A DNA stretch of 64,000 bases from Candidatus Thorarchaeota archaeon (lineage in GTDB: Archaea > Asgardarchaeota > Thorarchaeia > Thorarchaeales > Thorarchaeaceae), in the NCBI GenBank assembly GCA_046482545.1, contig JAWOEX010000032.1:128001-192000 (forward strand). The letters are read 5' to 3'. The notes beneath the pieces are model-generated. The model was not told the DNA's origin and did no database searches. It saw only the letters and a list, made by a program, of their open reading frames with translations. The translations under genes and the position numbers were made by a program. Shown here one piece after another: positions 9,406 through 20,373 of the stretch (positions within the stretch are counted from its first letter, which is position 1; each line of letters starts with the position of its first letter).

Positions 9406-11004
9406 TCAGTAATTGAGAGCATTATATGTAATCTTCCCCCCGAGAACAGTTAACAGGGTCTTGACATTCTTTAGATTCTCTCGGGGTATTTCCAAGGGAT
9501 TCCTATCGAGTACAACTAAATCGGCTAATTTTCCTTTTTCGATTGTTCCTTTCTTTCCCTCTTCCCATCCTGCATAAGCTCCTAGCTTCGTGTAGGCCTC
9601 AATGCCTTCTAGTGGACTGATAGCCTGTTCAGCATGTAGAACCTGTCCGCTATCCGTTTTCCGGGTGACAATCCCGTATATGCCGAGCCACGGGTTTGGC
9701 GAACAGATGGGGCAATCACTGTGACCCGGGGCTGGAATTCCCATCTCTATCAGTATTCGATGGGGCCACATCCATTGCATAGCACTTTTTCCTCTGTTCG
9801 CTTGGTAAGCATCACCCAAGTCATGAATAAAACCGGTTGCAGAAGCATCGATTACACCGAGGTTCTCGAGTCGAGATAGTATAGCAGGTGTAGCATAGCA
9901 ACAATGCTCGATTCTATGGCGATGATCTTCTCTTGGGTTCTCTTGTAGTGCTGCTTCAATTGCATCTAACGCTCTATCAATGCCCCTGTCACCAATCCCA
10001 TCGAGTCCAACTCTAAGACCAGCATCATGTGCCTTCCTTACTCTCTCGGTTATGTCATCTTGGTCGTAGAGAAGAATACCTGTGTTATCTGGCTCACCAA
10101 CATATGGCTCATAGTACGCCGCGGTACGGCCGCTGGTGCTTGTATCGAAAATCCATTCTATTTCTGTAATTTTGAGCCAGTCATCACCAAAGGGAGTTTG
10201 AATTCCCGCATCAATCAGAGCCTCCAGCATTCCCTTAGTATCCCCGGACATGTGGATACAGACTCGCAACCGGAGCCTGCCCTCCCTCCGTAGTTCTTGG
10301 AACGCTCTGAACTCCTTGGCTGTTGTCATTGAGGCATGTATTGTGGTAATCCCAAGAGTCAAGAACTCCTCCATCACCAACTCAAGCCCCTCTTTGTACT
10401 CCTCAAGAGTTGGCTCAGGGGTCTTCTCGTAAACCAGATCCTTTGCCGATTCACGCAAGACTCCAGTAGGTTGACCTTCTGCATCCCTATCGATTTTTCC
10501 ATGCGGAGGATCGGAAGTGTTTTCATCAATCATTGCGGCTTCTAATGCTAGGCTGTTGACTATGCCTATGTGGGCATCTCGCCGCTCGATGTATAATGGA
10601 TTATCGGGTGATGCTCTGTCAAGTTCTTCTAGTGTTGGATATCGGCCAAGCTTCACATCGTCCAAACGGAAACCAAGTACCCATTCGCCTGATGCTGTTT
10701 CGCTAGCTCTTTCCTTTACCCTCTTAAGGAGTTCAGACATAGACGGGGTGTCACAATCTATTCCTGTTTTAGCTATACCATACATACCCGGGTGCATGTG
10801 TGAGTCGATTAGTCCCGGAATCACTGTACGTTGCTGAAGGTCTATGATTCTAGTTTCATCCCCCACTAGCTTTACAATCTCATCATTCGAGCCAACAGCC
10901 TGTATCCTGTCGTCTTTAACGGCGATAGCTTCTGCACTAGGATTGGCTTGAGCAACTGTGACTATGTGACCGTTCGTTAGGCAAAGATCAGCGAAAAAAG
11001 GCAT
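9406..11004 (-). CDS. YtcJ-like metal-dependent amidohydrolase (Amidohydro_3)
   Basis: PGLIDSHMH, RIEH, SDCP and GTIEKGKLADLVVLDRNP. Confidence 0.87.
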   Translation of the reverse strand: MPFFADLCLTNGHIVTVAQANPSAEAIAVKDDRIQAVGSNDEIVKLVGDETRIIDLQQRTVIPGLIDSHMHPGMYGIAKTGIDCDTPSMSELLKRVKERASETASGEWVLGFRLDDVKLGRYPTLEELDRASPDNPLYIERRDAHIGIVNSLALEAAMIDENTSDPPHGKIDRDAEGQPTGVLRESAKDLVYEKTPEPTLEEYKEGLELVMEEFLTLGITTIHASMTTAKEFRAFQELRREGRLRLRVCIHMSGDTKGMLEALIDAGIQTPFGDDWLKITEIEWIFDTSTSGRTAAYYEPYVGEPDNTGILLYDQDDITERVRKAHDAGLRVGLDGIGDRGIDRALDAIEAALQENPREDHRHRIEHCCYATPAILSRLENLGVIDASATGFIHDLGDAYQANRGKSAMQWMWPHRILIEMGIPAPGHSDCPICSPNPWLGIYGIVTRKTDSGQVLHAEQAISPLEGIEAYTKLGAYAGWEEGKKGTIEKGKLADLVVLDRNPLEIPRENLKNVKTLLTVLGGKITYNALNY

Positions 11005-11282
11005 ACATTTCAGATACCCATTTGGAGTTTAACTCTTGCCTTTCTTGTGGCCCTGTGCAAAAAGTCATACCAACATATCGGAGTGACTCATCTTATTGTT
11101 CCTGATTGTTAGGATTCGTGCATTTGAATAGCGAATTGACTACTTATTTTGTCTTCTCACACTGATTCCGGCGACTTTTTACACAGAGCCCTTTCTTGTA
11201 CTGATTCTGACCAATTCCATTGAAAGCCTTTATATCCAACTTACATTGAACTGACGTCTGAGATTGAACCGAGGTCGATTCT

Positions 11283-11675
11283 TTGAATTCACGAAAGATT
11301 CGCGTGCTCATAGCTAAGCCGGGTCTAGATGGCCACGACCGGGGCGCCAAAGTAGTTGCAAGAGCTTTGCGGGATGCTGGCATGGAGGTAATTTATACTG
11401 GCCTGCGACAGACACCAGAGATGATTGTAGAGTCCGCTCTGCAAGAAGACGTTGATTGCATAGGACTAAGTATTCTGAGTGGCGCGCACAATGCTCTCTT
11501 CCCTAAGGTGACCAAGCTTCTGAAAGAGAAAGATGCGGATGATATACTGGTCATTGGTGGGGGTATCATACCTGAGGATGACATCCCTGGTTTGAAGGAT
11601 GCAGGGATTGCTGAGATATTCGGACCCGGTACTCCCTTGGTAGAGATTGCTGAGTACATCAGGTCCCATGTATAG
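11283..11675 (+). CDS. Methylmalonyl-CoA mutase small (B12-binding) subunit
   Basis: [10 protein letters not shown] (DxHxxG), GLSILSGAH and GGGIIP. Confidence 0.93.
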   Translation: MNSRKIRVLIAKPGLDGHDRGAKVVARALRDAGMEVIYTGLRQTPEMIVESALQEDVDCIGLSILSGAHNALFPKVTKLLKEKDADDILVIGGGIIPEDDIPGLKDAGIAEIFGPGTPLVEIAEYIRSHV

Positions 11676-11704
11676 TACAGTATCTTATTGATGAGGTAGG
11701 CTAG

Positions 11705-12664
11705 TTGTCTGCTACTAAGTTGGTTAAAGGAGTCCTGAATGGCGAGCAAAGGGCATTGGCACGCTTGATTACCTTGATTGAAAATGAGGAGCCAATTGCC
11801 CAAGACGCCCTTAGTCAGCTGTATGGGCATACAGGTGAAGCTCATATTGTTGGTGTTACTGGGCCTCCTGGGTCAGGTAAGAGTACACTTGTCAACAAAC
11901 TAACAACTGTTTATCGAGACCGGGGCAAAACGCTTGGGATTATCTGTGTGGATCCTTCAAGTCCGTTCTCTGGTGGCGCGCTCCTTGGCGACCGAATTAG
12001 AATGCAGAAGCATACACTAGACGACAAAGTCTTCGTCCGGAGTATGGGAACACGAGGGCACCTAGGAGGGCTCTCAAGGGCAACATCAGATGCTGTTCGT
12101 GCGTTGGACGCTTTCGGAAAAGAAATTGTCATCGTCGAGACAGTTGGTGCTGGGCAGTCTGAGGTAGAAGTCATCGAGATAGCTCATACAGTCGTTGTTA
12201 CGGATGTTCCTGGAAGTGGGGACGACATTCAAGCAATCAAGGCTGGAATAATGGAGATTGCTGACATCTTTGTTGTTAACAAGTCTGACTTGCCAGGTGC
12301 CGATAAGAAGGTAGTTGAGCTCAATGCCATGCTAGACATTGCTCCCGAGGATGAGGAATGGAGACCCCCTGTGTTGAAGACTAACTCGCGAACGGGAGAG
12401 GGGGTTGAACAGCTAGTTGAAAAAATCGGTGAGCATATGCGATATCTGAAGGCAACTGGCCTTCTTGAAGAGAAAGGGCTTGAACGGAGCCGAGAAGAGT
12501 TGGAAGATATCATGGAATACAAGCTAACTCAAGAGCTTCTCGGGAAACTGCGTGGTAGCGCTGAGTACGAGGAAGCCATCACGAAAATTGCGAAACGTGA
12601 TAACGACCCTTACACTATAGCGGAGAAATTGATTGTGAAGTTTCTTGCACAACAGGAGAAATAG
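11705..12664 (+). CDS. meaB: Mutase-associated G-protein chaperone MeaB/ArgK
   Basis: GPPGSGKST, DPSSPFSGGALLGDRIRM, ETVGAGQSE and NKSD. Confidence 0.93.
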   Translation: MSATKLVKGVLNGEQRALARLITLIENEEPIAQDALSQLYGHTGEAHIVGVTGPPGSGKSTLVNKLTTVYRDRGKTLGIICVDPSSPFSGGALLGDRIRMQKHTLDDKVFVRSMGTRGHLGGLSRATSDAVRALDAFGKEIVIVETVGAGQSEVEVIEIAHTVVVTDVPGSGDDIQAIKAGIMEIADIFVVNKSDLPGADKKVVELNAMLDIAPEDEEWRPPVLKTNSRTGEGVEQLVEKIGEHMRYLKATGLLEEKGLERSREELEDIMEYKLTQELLGKLRGSAEYEEAITKIAKRDNDPYTIAEKLIVKFLAQQEK

Positions 12665-14344
12665 GTGGTATCATTGGAGGATGATGAAATAAACCAGCAA
12701 TACAAGGAGTGGCAGGAAGGTCCCGTCAAGAAGACAGTCAATCGGTTTCCTGAGCGGAAGGAGAATTTTTCTACAGACTCAGACATACCCATTAACCGCC
12801 TCTACACACCCATGGACATCAAAGACATTGATTACTCGGAAGACTTGGGGTTTCCAGGACAGTTTCCGTATACGCGAGGGGTCTACACAACCATGTACCG
12901 GGGCAGACTCTGGACCATGCGACAATACAGTGGGTTCGGAACAGCCCAAGAAACCAATCAAAGATTCAAGTTCCTGCTTGAGCAGGGACAGACTGGATTA
13001 TCTGTAGCTTTTGACTTACCAACACAGGTCGGCTATGATTCTGATCATCCTCTTGCAGAGGGCGAAGTCGGTAAGGTTGGTGTGGCAATCGACTCCTTGG
13101 CCGATATGGAAATTCTGTTCGCTGGCATCCCATTAGATGAAGTTAGTACCTCCATGACTATCAATGCTCCTGCAGCCATACTCTTGGCTATGTATGTGGC
13201 ACTGGCAGAGAAACAGGATGTTGCAATGGAGAATCTAAGGGGAACCATACAGAACGACATTCTCAAGGAGTATGTGGCAAGAGGGACATACATCTTCCCA
13301 CCAGAACCGTCAATGCGGTTGATTACCGATGTTTTCGAATATTGTTCAGAACACATGCCCCTCTGGAACACCATTTCAATCAGCGGCTATCATATTCGAG
13401 AAGCAGGCTCAACATCTGTTCAAGAAATAGCCTTCACGCTTGCTAATGGCATTGCCTATGTAGAGGCTGCTCTGGATGCGGGTCTTGATGTTGATAGATT
13501 TGCTTCTCGCCTTTCGTTTTTCTTTGGTTCTCATAGTCGCTTTTTTGAGGAAATAGCCAAGTTCCGTGCTGCGCGTCGTCTTTGGGCTCGCATAATGAAA
13601 GATAGATTTGGTGCCAAGGACGACAAATCATGTAGGTTACGATTTCACACGCAGACAGCTGGTTGTACCCTTACAGCTCAACAACCAGATAATAACATTG
13701 TCCGGGTAACTCTTCAGGCACTCCAAGGTGTGCTGGGCGGAACGCAATCTCTCCACACAAACTCGAGAGATGAAGCCTTGTCACTACCAACTGAAGAATC
13801 TGTCCAGATTGCTCTGAGAACTCAGCAGATTATAGCACATGAAACTGGTGTAGCTGATACAATTGATCCACTGGCAGGGTCTTACTTCGTTGAAACCTTG
13901 ACGAACTGCATAGAAGAAAACGCACGGGAATACCTGCGTCAAATCGATGATATGGGTGGGTCACCAGCAGCAATACAGAAAGGCTTCATTCAGCGAGAAA
14001 TTAGTGAAAGTGCATACAAACATCAACAAGAAGTCGATCACGGCGAGTGTATAGTTGTTGGTGTGAATGAGTTCACCGTAGATGAGGAACAAAAATTCGA
14101 CTACCTGCGTGTTGATCCAGAAGTGGAGCAACAACAGGTACGGCGACTGAAAAAGCTACGTAACAACCGTGATGAAAGAACCGTCAGAGATGCGCTTGAC
14201 AGTCTCCGGAATGCAGCTCGGGGTGATGATAATCTAATGCCTCCAATACTTAGTGCTGTCAGAAGATACGCTACCCTTGGAGAAATCTGTTCTGTTCTTC
14301 GTGATGAGTTTGGCGAATACCAAAGTCCAGAAACAATGAGGTAA
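12665..14344 (+). CDS. Methylmalonyl-CoA mutase large (substrate-binding) subunit
   Basis: [19 protein letters not shown] (Tyr specificity residue), [13 protein letters not shown] (Arg), [12 protein letters not shown] and QSLHTN. The Tyr/Arg pair indicates methylmalonyl-CoA rather than isobutyryl-CoA mutase. Confidence 0.93.
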   Translation: MVSLEDDEINQQYKEWQEGPVKKTVNRFPERKENFSTDSDIPINRLYTPMDIKDIDYSEDLGFPGQFPYTRGVYTTMYRGRLWTMRQYSGFGTAQETNQRFKFLLEQGQTGLSVAFDLPTQVGYDSDHPLAEGEVGKVGVAIDSLADMEILFAGIPLDEVSTSMTINAPAAILLAMYVALAEKQDVAMENLRGTIQNDILKEYVARGTYIFPPEPSMRLITDVFEYCSEHMPLWNTISISGYHIREAGSTSVQEIAFTLANGIAYVEAALDAGLDVDRFASRLSFFFGSHSRFFEEIAKFRAARRLWARIMKDRFGAKDDKSCRLRFHTQTAGCTLTAQQPDNNIVRVTLQALQGVLGGTQSLHTNSRDEALSLPTEESVQIALRTQQIIAHETGVADTIDPLAGSYFVETLTNCIEENAREYLRQIDDMGGSPAAIQKGFIQREISESAYKHQQEVDHGECIVVGVNEFTVDEEQKFDYLRVDPEVEQQQVRRLKKLRNNRDERTVRDALDSLRNAARGDDNLMPPILSAVRRYATLGEICSVLRDEFGEYQSPETMR

Positions 14345-14350
14345 CAGAAG

Positions 14351-14758
14351 ATGAAACCAGAAATGATAGACCACATTGGAATTGCTGTAGAACGCATAGA
14401 GAAGTGGATTCCTTACTATCGGGACACACTCGGAATGAATTATCTTGGTTCAGAGGAGGTTTCGGGCCAAAAGGTGCGTGTCGCCTTTTTTGAGATTGGT
14501 GAGAGTCGAATAGAACTTTTAGAACCCACATCGAAAAAAAGCCCTATTGCACGATTCCTTTCGAAAAGGGGATCAGGCATGCATCACATTGCAGTACGCG
14601 TTGATGATATCGATAACGCCATCGAAGATTTGGTTGTAGATGAAACGAGAATGATTGACAGTAAGGCACGCTCGGGTGCACACGGCATGAAGATAGCTTT
14701 CGTTCATCCAAAATCAACCGGCGGTGTCCTTCTAGAGCTCTGTGAGCATACAGAATAG
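14351..14758 (+). CDS. mce: Methylmalonyl-CoA epimerase
   Basis: IDHIGIAV, IELLEP, GMHHIA and FVHPKSTGGVLLEL. Last gene of the mutase operon. Confidence 0.93.
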   Translation: MKPEMIDHIGIAVERIEKWIPYYRDTLGMNYLGSEEVSGQKVRVAFFEIGESRIELLEPTSKKSPIARFLSKRGSGMHHIAVRVDDIDNAIEDLVVDETRMIDSKARSGAHGMKIAFVHPKSTGGVLLELCEHTE

Positions 14759-14769
14759 ACATGCATGGT

Positions 14770-15807
14770 CTAGCTCAGGACTGCTTTGATTACGTCAGCT
14801 GTTTTGATGATGCCGTCTCTGCTTACCATCCTGTTGGTAACGAATCGTACTCGTGCTCCATATCCGCCGTAGACAAGTACACCCTCCTTTTCTAATGCTT
14901 TAGAGAATTCCATCGAGTTCATATCGTAGGCGCTGAGGTCTACGAAGATGATGTTGGTATCGGGCTCGGTAACAGCCAAATCGGGAATTTCTGACAAGCG
15001 ATCATAGAGCAGTCTTGCGTTCTCATGATCTTTCTTGAGTCTATCAACCATCTTCTCGATAGCAATCAATCCAGGAGCCGCTATGATGCCCGCTTGTCTC
15101 ATACCTCCTCCCAAACGCTTCCTAATCCTGATTGCCTCATGTATGAATTCTTCTGTGCCTGCTATGATTGAGCCAACAGGTGCTGATAGCCCTTTGCTCA
15201 AACAGATTTGAACACTATCAACGGAATCAACAAGTTTTCTTGCGGGCACTCCAAGGGCAACTGCCGCATTGAACAACCGTGCTCCATCGCAATGAACCTT
15301 CAAACCATGTTCACGGGCAACCTTAGCAAGGGCTTCCACTTGCTGAGGTGTTACAACCACACCCCCTGCATAGTTGTGCGTATTTTCAACGACAACTAGC
15401 TGCGACTCGGGATAGTGTGGGTCATCCGCTCTAATTGCTCCCTCCAGAGTTTCTGGTTCGATGTAGCCTTTGTTACCTTCAACCGGTTTCGGGAATAGAC
15501 CACCAAGCGAGGACATTGCTCCTGCCTCGAAGAGGAAGGTATGACTATTCTCCTCAACTACTACCTCACCTCCGCGGGTCGTTTGTCCAAGAAGCGAAAT
15601 TACGTTACCTTGCGTACCTGATGTAACAAGCAAGGCGTCTTCCTTCCCAAGGGTTTTCGCGGCCTTTTCCTGCAGTTCATTTACCACTTCATCCTCGCCT
15701 ATGACATCATCTCCAAACTTCCCAGCTTCATGGGCTTGGACGACTGCATCAATCATCTCATCTGTCGGTTTCGTGATTGTATCGCTTCGAAGATCTATCT
15801 GCAACAT
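14770..15807 (-). CDS. ltaE: Low-specificity L-threonine aldolase
   Basis: IDLRSDT, SGTQGN, ENTHN, HCDGARLFNA, CLSKGLSAPVGS and GGGMRQAG. ATG 15807 preferred. Confidence 0.9.
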   Translation of the reverse strand: MLQIDLRSDTITKPTDEMIDAVVQAHEAGKFGDDVIGEDEVVNELQEKAAKTLGKEDALLVTSGTQGNVISLLGQTTRGGEVVVEENSHTFLFEAGAMSSLGGLFPKPVEGNKGYIEPETLEGAIRADDPHYPESQLVVVENTHNYAGGVVVTPQQVEALAKVAREHGLKVHCDGARLFNAAVALGVPARKLVDSVDSVQICLSKGLSAPVGSIIAGTEEFIHEAIRIRKRLGGGMRQAGIIAAPGLIAIEKMVDRLKKDHENARLLYDRLSEIPDLAVTEPDTNIIFVDLSAYDMNSMEFSKALEKEGVLVYGGYGARVRFVTNRMVSRDGIIKTADVIKAVLS

Positions 15808-15923
15808 GTTCGTTGGAAGGATGAAACCGAGATATAGGTCTGTGGTTTTGCTGTTTTGATAATGCATAAAGGTTATACGCCTTTTTGTGCACAAGCGCGA
15901 TTTTGCAGGGTGGTGCCTAGGAC

Positions 15924-17210
15924 TTGACGGTTGATGATGAACTTGGATACTTGGAAAAAATCAAGCTGTTTCAAAAAGATGCTAAGCTCTACATCTTTTC
16001 GAGAGTTGCAGGCACTCTCGGCTATGGAATCAGCAATGTAATCTTCAATCTGTATATGATAGAAGCAGGTTTTGGAGAAGATTTCCTCGGATTCTTCCTT
16101 TCAATTTCGATGTTTGCAACGGCCGGTATCGCGATTGCTGCTGGCATGATTACTGATCGAAGAAGTAGAAAGCGTACTCTATTGGTCGCGAGCTTTGTAT
16201 CTTTTCTTTCAATAACAATACAATACACCGCACTTCAACCGTATATTCTTCTCTCTTCTCAGGTTCTATTGGGGTTCTCGCAGGCCTTCAGCCAAGTTGC
16301 AATGTCGCCTTACGTTAGTGACATATCTACAGAAAGAGAAAGAGCACATCTATTTGGTTTCAGTGGCGGAATGTCGCTACTTGCGGTACTTGGAGGGAAT
16401 ATATTCGGTGGGTTTATTCCGGGGATGCTGAGAGACTTGGGCCTTGCAGTGAATATTTTCTGGTCCTATCGCTTCACTCTGTGGTTTAGCCTTATTCCCA
16501 TCGGCATTTCGGTTATCGCCCTCATACCGATGACCCCCGATCAACCACAGGAATCTGAACAGAGACTTGGTTTTGAAAACGTAAGGAACTGGGACTTCAT
16601 TGGGAAGTATACCATCGCCACAAGCACAATAGGGCTTGGTGCCGGCGTAATTGTGATGTACTTCAATTTGTATTTCAAGCAGGTATTCCAAGCTGACGAG
16701 GCAACAATCGGTCTGATTTTCGCTATTAATACCATTTTGCTCTCTGCAGGACAATTCTCTGCTCCTGCTCTCGCAGACCGAATAGGCAAAGTAAAGGCAG
16801 TGATTCTTACCGAAGCTCTCTCTATACCCTTCCTACTGATGCTTGGATGGGCACCAATTCTATACATTGGTGTTATAGCGTATGTATCTCGTACAGTTTT
16901 GATGAATATGGCGGGTCCCGTAAGCAACGCTTTCTTCATGGAGGGATTGACTAAAAAAGAACGAGCTACTGCTGTTGGTGTGACGCGCACAGGAGATTCC
17001 TTTGTTCGGGGAGTGGCTGCGATAATTGGTGGATGGCTACTGGCGAAAGGTCTTTACAGGATACCTTATGTACTGGTTTCTGTTCTATACATGCTTGGCG
17101 TTATATTGTTCTATAACTTCTTCAGAGGAAAAGAAGATGAACTGAAGACCATGCGTAAGGCAAAAATACAGCGGGACGAGAAAGCCCCGAAGACTCCTGA
17201 TGTCACATAA
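15924..17210 (+). CDS. MFS transporter
   Basis: About 12 TM segments, with MFS motif A-like AGMITDRRSRK and ALADRIGKVK. Confidence 0.88.
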   Translation: MTVDDELGYLEKIKLFQKDAKLYIFSRVAGTLGYGISNVIFNLYMIEAGFGEDFLGFFLSISMFATAGIAIAAGMITDRRSRKRTLLVASFVSFLSITIQYTALQPYILLSSQVLLGFSQAFSQVAMSPYVSDISTERERAHLFGFSGGMSLLAVLGGNIFGGFIPGMLRDLGLAVNIFWSYRFTLWFSLIPIGISVIALIPMTPDQPQESEQRLGFENVRNWDFIGKYTIATSTIGLGAGVIVMYFNLYFKQVFQADEATIGLIFAINTILLSAGQFSAPALADRIGKVKAVILTEALSIPFLLMLGWAPILYIGVIAYVSRTVLMNMAGPVSNAFFMEGLTKKERATAVGVTRTGDSFVRGVAAIIGGWLLAKGLYRIPYVLVSVLYMLGVILFYNFFRGKEDELKTMRKAKIQRDEKAPKTPDVT

Positions 17211-17286
17211 CCGTCCCCTATAGCTGAATATGAGTTATAACCGGATTTGATGTATCTATTGAAGTCCAGTGTGGGGAATATGTCCA

Positions 17287-18642
17287 ATGCCAGAGGAATC
17301 TGACTTGCTTATGTGTGCACTACAGAATCTTACTGTAGGTGTGGCAGTTCTTGATGGCAAAGGTCGAGTTATTTTTGCCAATGAGATGCTGGCTTCCATG
17401 TTAGATATAGCGCACGATGAACTCAAGGGTTCCACTTTCCCCCACATTGAGGCTTTGGAAAAAACAGCACCCACACAATTCAGGGCTGTAAACCGAGATG
17501 GCGATGAAAGAACACTCATGGCATCCGTATCGCCTATGGAGAGGGACAAGCACGACGTTTCGCCTCTCTTGGTTACCGTTAATGATGTAACAGAACAAAA
17601 GAAGAAAGAATACTCCCTACAACAGATGGTTCATGAGATTGTTTGCTTCCGAAATGTTGCCCAACTCTTTTCGCAAACAGATACACCTCTCGAACATGTT
17701 CTGAATACATTTGTACACATGATTCCAGAGGGGTGGGAGTACCCTAGCATTACTGCTGCTAGCGTTAAGCTTGGAGAAACAGTAGTTAGTTCTGCGAATT
17801 ACGTCGATACCGAATGGAAGCAGACTTCCAAGTTCTCCTATGGAGATGGACTAAACGGCACACTAGAAGTATGTTACCTTGAGAAACAACCTACAGTTGA
17901 TGAAGGCCCATTCAGCAATGAGCAACGGATGCTGATTGAAACCCTTGCGAATGAACTTGAGCGCTATATCCAACGGAAACGAAACGAGGATATCAGGCGC
18001 CAACAGCACCGTGAGCTAGAAACATACTCGAAGTTACTACGTCATGATTTGAGAAATGACCTTTCAGTGATTATTGGGAATCATGAAATCCTTGAAATGC
18101 TCCTCACCTCCCCAGACGAAATGCTGAAGGAAGTGCTGTCTTCTTCGGAAGCTGTATTCGAACGTATGATGAGTCTGCTCAAGGCCTTTGGAAGATCTGC
18201 AGAATCTATCGAACGACATGTTGCCACACTATTACGTGATGTTGCTTCTCAAGCAGAGAGAGCCCATTCGAACATATGTATTGATTTCAACATTGATAAA
18301 GAGGCCAAAGACCTTAGAATTGCTGGAAGTCGGCTTCTTCCGATGGTCTTTGAGAATCTGTTCAGAAACTCGGCTGTGCATGCCGGTGAAAATCCCCACA
18401 TTGATGTAATGTTATCCCGGGAAGGAAACAATGCAAAGATTGTTTTCACTGATGATGGACCTGGAATATCGGAAGAAATACAAGATAGGCTTTTCGAGAA
18501 GGGAGTCTCAACCCGGGGTGGGGGGCTTGGTCTTTATCTTTCAAAGCAAGTTATCGAAGCAACTGATGGCTCCATTGAATTAATGGACTCTAGAGAAGAC
18601 TCAGGGGCTTCTTTTAGAATTCTCGTTCCTATATCAGTATAG
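17287..18642 (+). CDS. PAS/GAF-like sensor histidine kinase
   Basis: PAS (GVAVLDGKGRVIFAN), H-box RHDLRND, N-box ENLFRNS, G1 DDGPGI and G2 GGLGLYL. Confidence 0.88.
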   Translation: MPEESDLLMCALQNLTVGVAVLDGKGRVIFANEMLASMLDIAHDELKGSTFPHIEALEKTAPTQFRAVNRDGDERTLMASVSPMERDKHDVSPLLVTVNDVTEQKKKEYSLQQMVHEIVCFRNVAQLFSQTDTPLEHVLNTFVHMIPEGWEYPSITAASVKLGETVVSSANYVDTEWKQTSKFSYGDGLNGTLEVCYLEKQPTVDEGPFSNEQRMLIETLANELERYIQRKRNEDIRRQQHRELETYSKLLRHDLRNDLSVIIGNHEILEMLLTSPDEMLKEVLSSSEAVFERMMSLLKAFGRSAESIERHVATLLRDVASQAERAHSNICIDFNIDKEAKDLRIAGSRLLPMVFENLFRNSAVHAGENPHIDVMLSREGNNAKIVFTDDGPGISEEIQDRLFEKGVSTRGGGLGLYLSKQVIEATDGSIELMDSREDSGASFRILVPISV

Positions 18643-18695
18643 CCGCACTGACTGTTGGTATGGTACGGGCATTATTAACAGTAGAAATAACCAAA

Positions 18696-19058
18696 TCATT
18701 CAGATACATACTTCTCAATGGCTTCAAAGAGCTGAGCACTACGAATCGGTTTGGTCAGAAAACCCACTGCGCCAGCTTCCATGGCTGCTGGTCTGATCGA
18801 TTCATCAGCGCTAACGAATAGAACTTTGGTGTTGTTATCCCTCTCTAGGATTTCGCGAGTAGCAGCAGCACCTCTCATCACTGGCATACGTTCGTCCATC
18901 AGAATGATATCTGGCTTCTCTTCCAATGCAACAAACTTCTCTACTGCTTCTGCTCCGTTATGAGCATGACCAACGACTTCGTGTCCCCTGAGCTCTATAA
19001 TACGTTCGAGCACTTTGTGAATGAATTTGTCATCATCTACAATCAAAACGCTTACCAT
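18696..19058 (-). CDS. Stand-alone response regulator receiver (CheY-like)
   Basis: LIVDDD, ILMDERMP, VSA and FLTKP. Confidence 0.92.
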   Translation of the reverse strand: MVSVLIVDDDKFIHKVLERIIELRGHEVVGHAHNGAEAVEKFVALEEKPDIILMDERMPVMRGAAATREILERDNNTKVLFVSADESIRPAAMEAGAVGFLTKPIRSAQLFEAIEKYVSE

Positions 19059-19059
19059 A

Positions 19060-20154
19060 TCAGGAATCCCCCGAATCTAAATCACTATCTTGTTCACTAC
19101 GGAGCAGGATAACGAAACTTGCTCCCTTAGTATGATCCCCTTCAACTCGGTCTTCGACTCGGATTTGTCCCCCATAATTTTCCAAAATCTTTTTGACCAA
19201 GGTCAGTCCCAACCCCAGTCCGAGAATACCTTGTCTTTTTCCTCGGATTTCCGCAAAAATTTCATCTTTCTCCTCATCGGGAATACCCGGTCCGCGATCC
19301 TTGATATATATTCGCAAGAAGGGGGTATGAGCGATTTTCTCTATTTCAATGTCTATCTCAACTTCTTCTCTCTGATCAAATTTCATTGAGTTATGTAATA
19401 GTGCAAAGAAAACGTCATCAAGAAATTCATCGGCCATGATGAAGTATTCGTTTTCATTGATGGTTGTATTGAGTTTCATCTCTTTCGTTGGAAAAGTAGA
19501 ATCGACTTCAGCGGCTGTTTCAAGTATGACCTTGCCCAAGTCTCTTACTTGCATGGAATGCCTTTCTTCTTCTATGACCGAAATCTTGCGAACATTCGAA
19601 ACGAGTTTTGAGGCTCTTTCAACCTCTTCGAGTCCCTCGTCTACAATTTCTCTGATATCACTTGACAAATCTGGACGGTGTATAATTAGCTCAAGTGTTG
19701 ACATAATCTCTTGATGAATGTTGGTAAGATCATGTATCATAAGATCCAGCATAAACTCTACCTTTTTCCTCTCATCTTCTACTCTTCTTTCTGCATCTCT
19801 TTTGTCCGAAACATCTCGATAATATCCCTGAGCAGCAACGATTTTAGATCCTGCAAAACGGGGGATGATATTTCCCTCCACAAAAACAAGTTCGCCGTCC
19901 TTAGTGACAAAAATGGAATCGAACCCTGTTACCTTCTCTCCATTCAAAACGGAATCCAGCATTTGCTTGTGTTTTTCTATTACTTCAGGAAAGATTATAC
20001 GATCAATAGTTAAATCGTCGATTTCTTCCTGCGTGTAACCGAGAGTATCTTTCCAAGTTTGATTAACGAATTCAAACGACCCATCAGGTTTTATACTGTG
20101 AATAAGACTAACTGAATCTTCAAGGATGTTCCTATATAGTTGTTCACTATCCAT
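19060..20154 (-). CDS. PAS-domain sensor histidine kinase
   Basis: PAS (FEFVNQTWKDTLGY), H-box HDLTNIHQ, HNSMKF, DRGPGIP and GLGLGLTLV. Ends 1 nt before the receiver gene. Confidence 0.88.
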   Translation of the reverse strand: MDSEQLYRNILEDSVSLIHSIKPDGSFEFVNQTWKDTLGYTQEEIDDLTIDRIIFPEVIEKHKQMLDSVLNGEKVTGFDSIFVTKDGELVFVEGNIIPRFAGSKIVAAQGYYRDVSDKRDAERRVEDERKKVEFMLDLMIHDLTNIHQEIMSTLELIIHRPDLSSDIREIVDEGLEEVERASKLVSNVRKISVIEEERHSMQVRDLGKVILETAAEVDSTFPTKEMKLNTTINENEYFIMADEFLDDVFFALLHNSMKFDQREEVEIDIEIEKIAHTPFLRIYIKDRGPGIPDEEKDEIFAEIRGKRQGILGLGLGLTLVKKILENYGGQIRVEDRVEGDHTKGASFVILLRSEQDSDLDSGDS

Positions 20155-20373
20155 TTTATTTCCAGACTCCTTACGCAGGACGAAAGATTCAATTCTGTTG
20201 AACAAAAATGAGAGTTGAATCTTCCTATTGAATGTTTTTCGTTTACCCTACGTTATATCTACTCATAAAGCGCTCGTTCACACGATAGAAACCGAGTTGA
20301 GTTGGTTCTTACCAACCCCAATTTGGTGGTCATTGTCGGTAACCATGACACTTGCAATATGCAACCTCATTAC

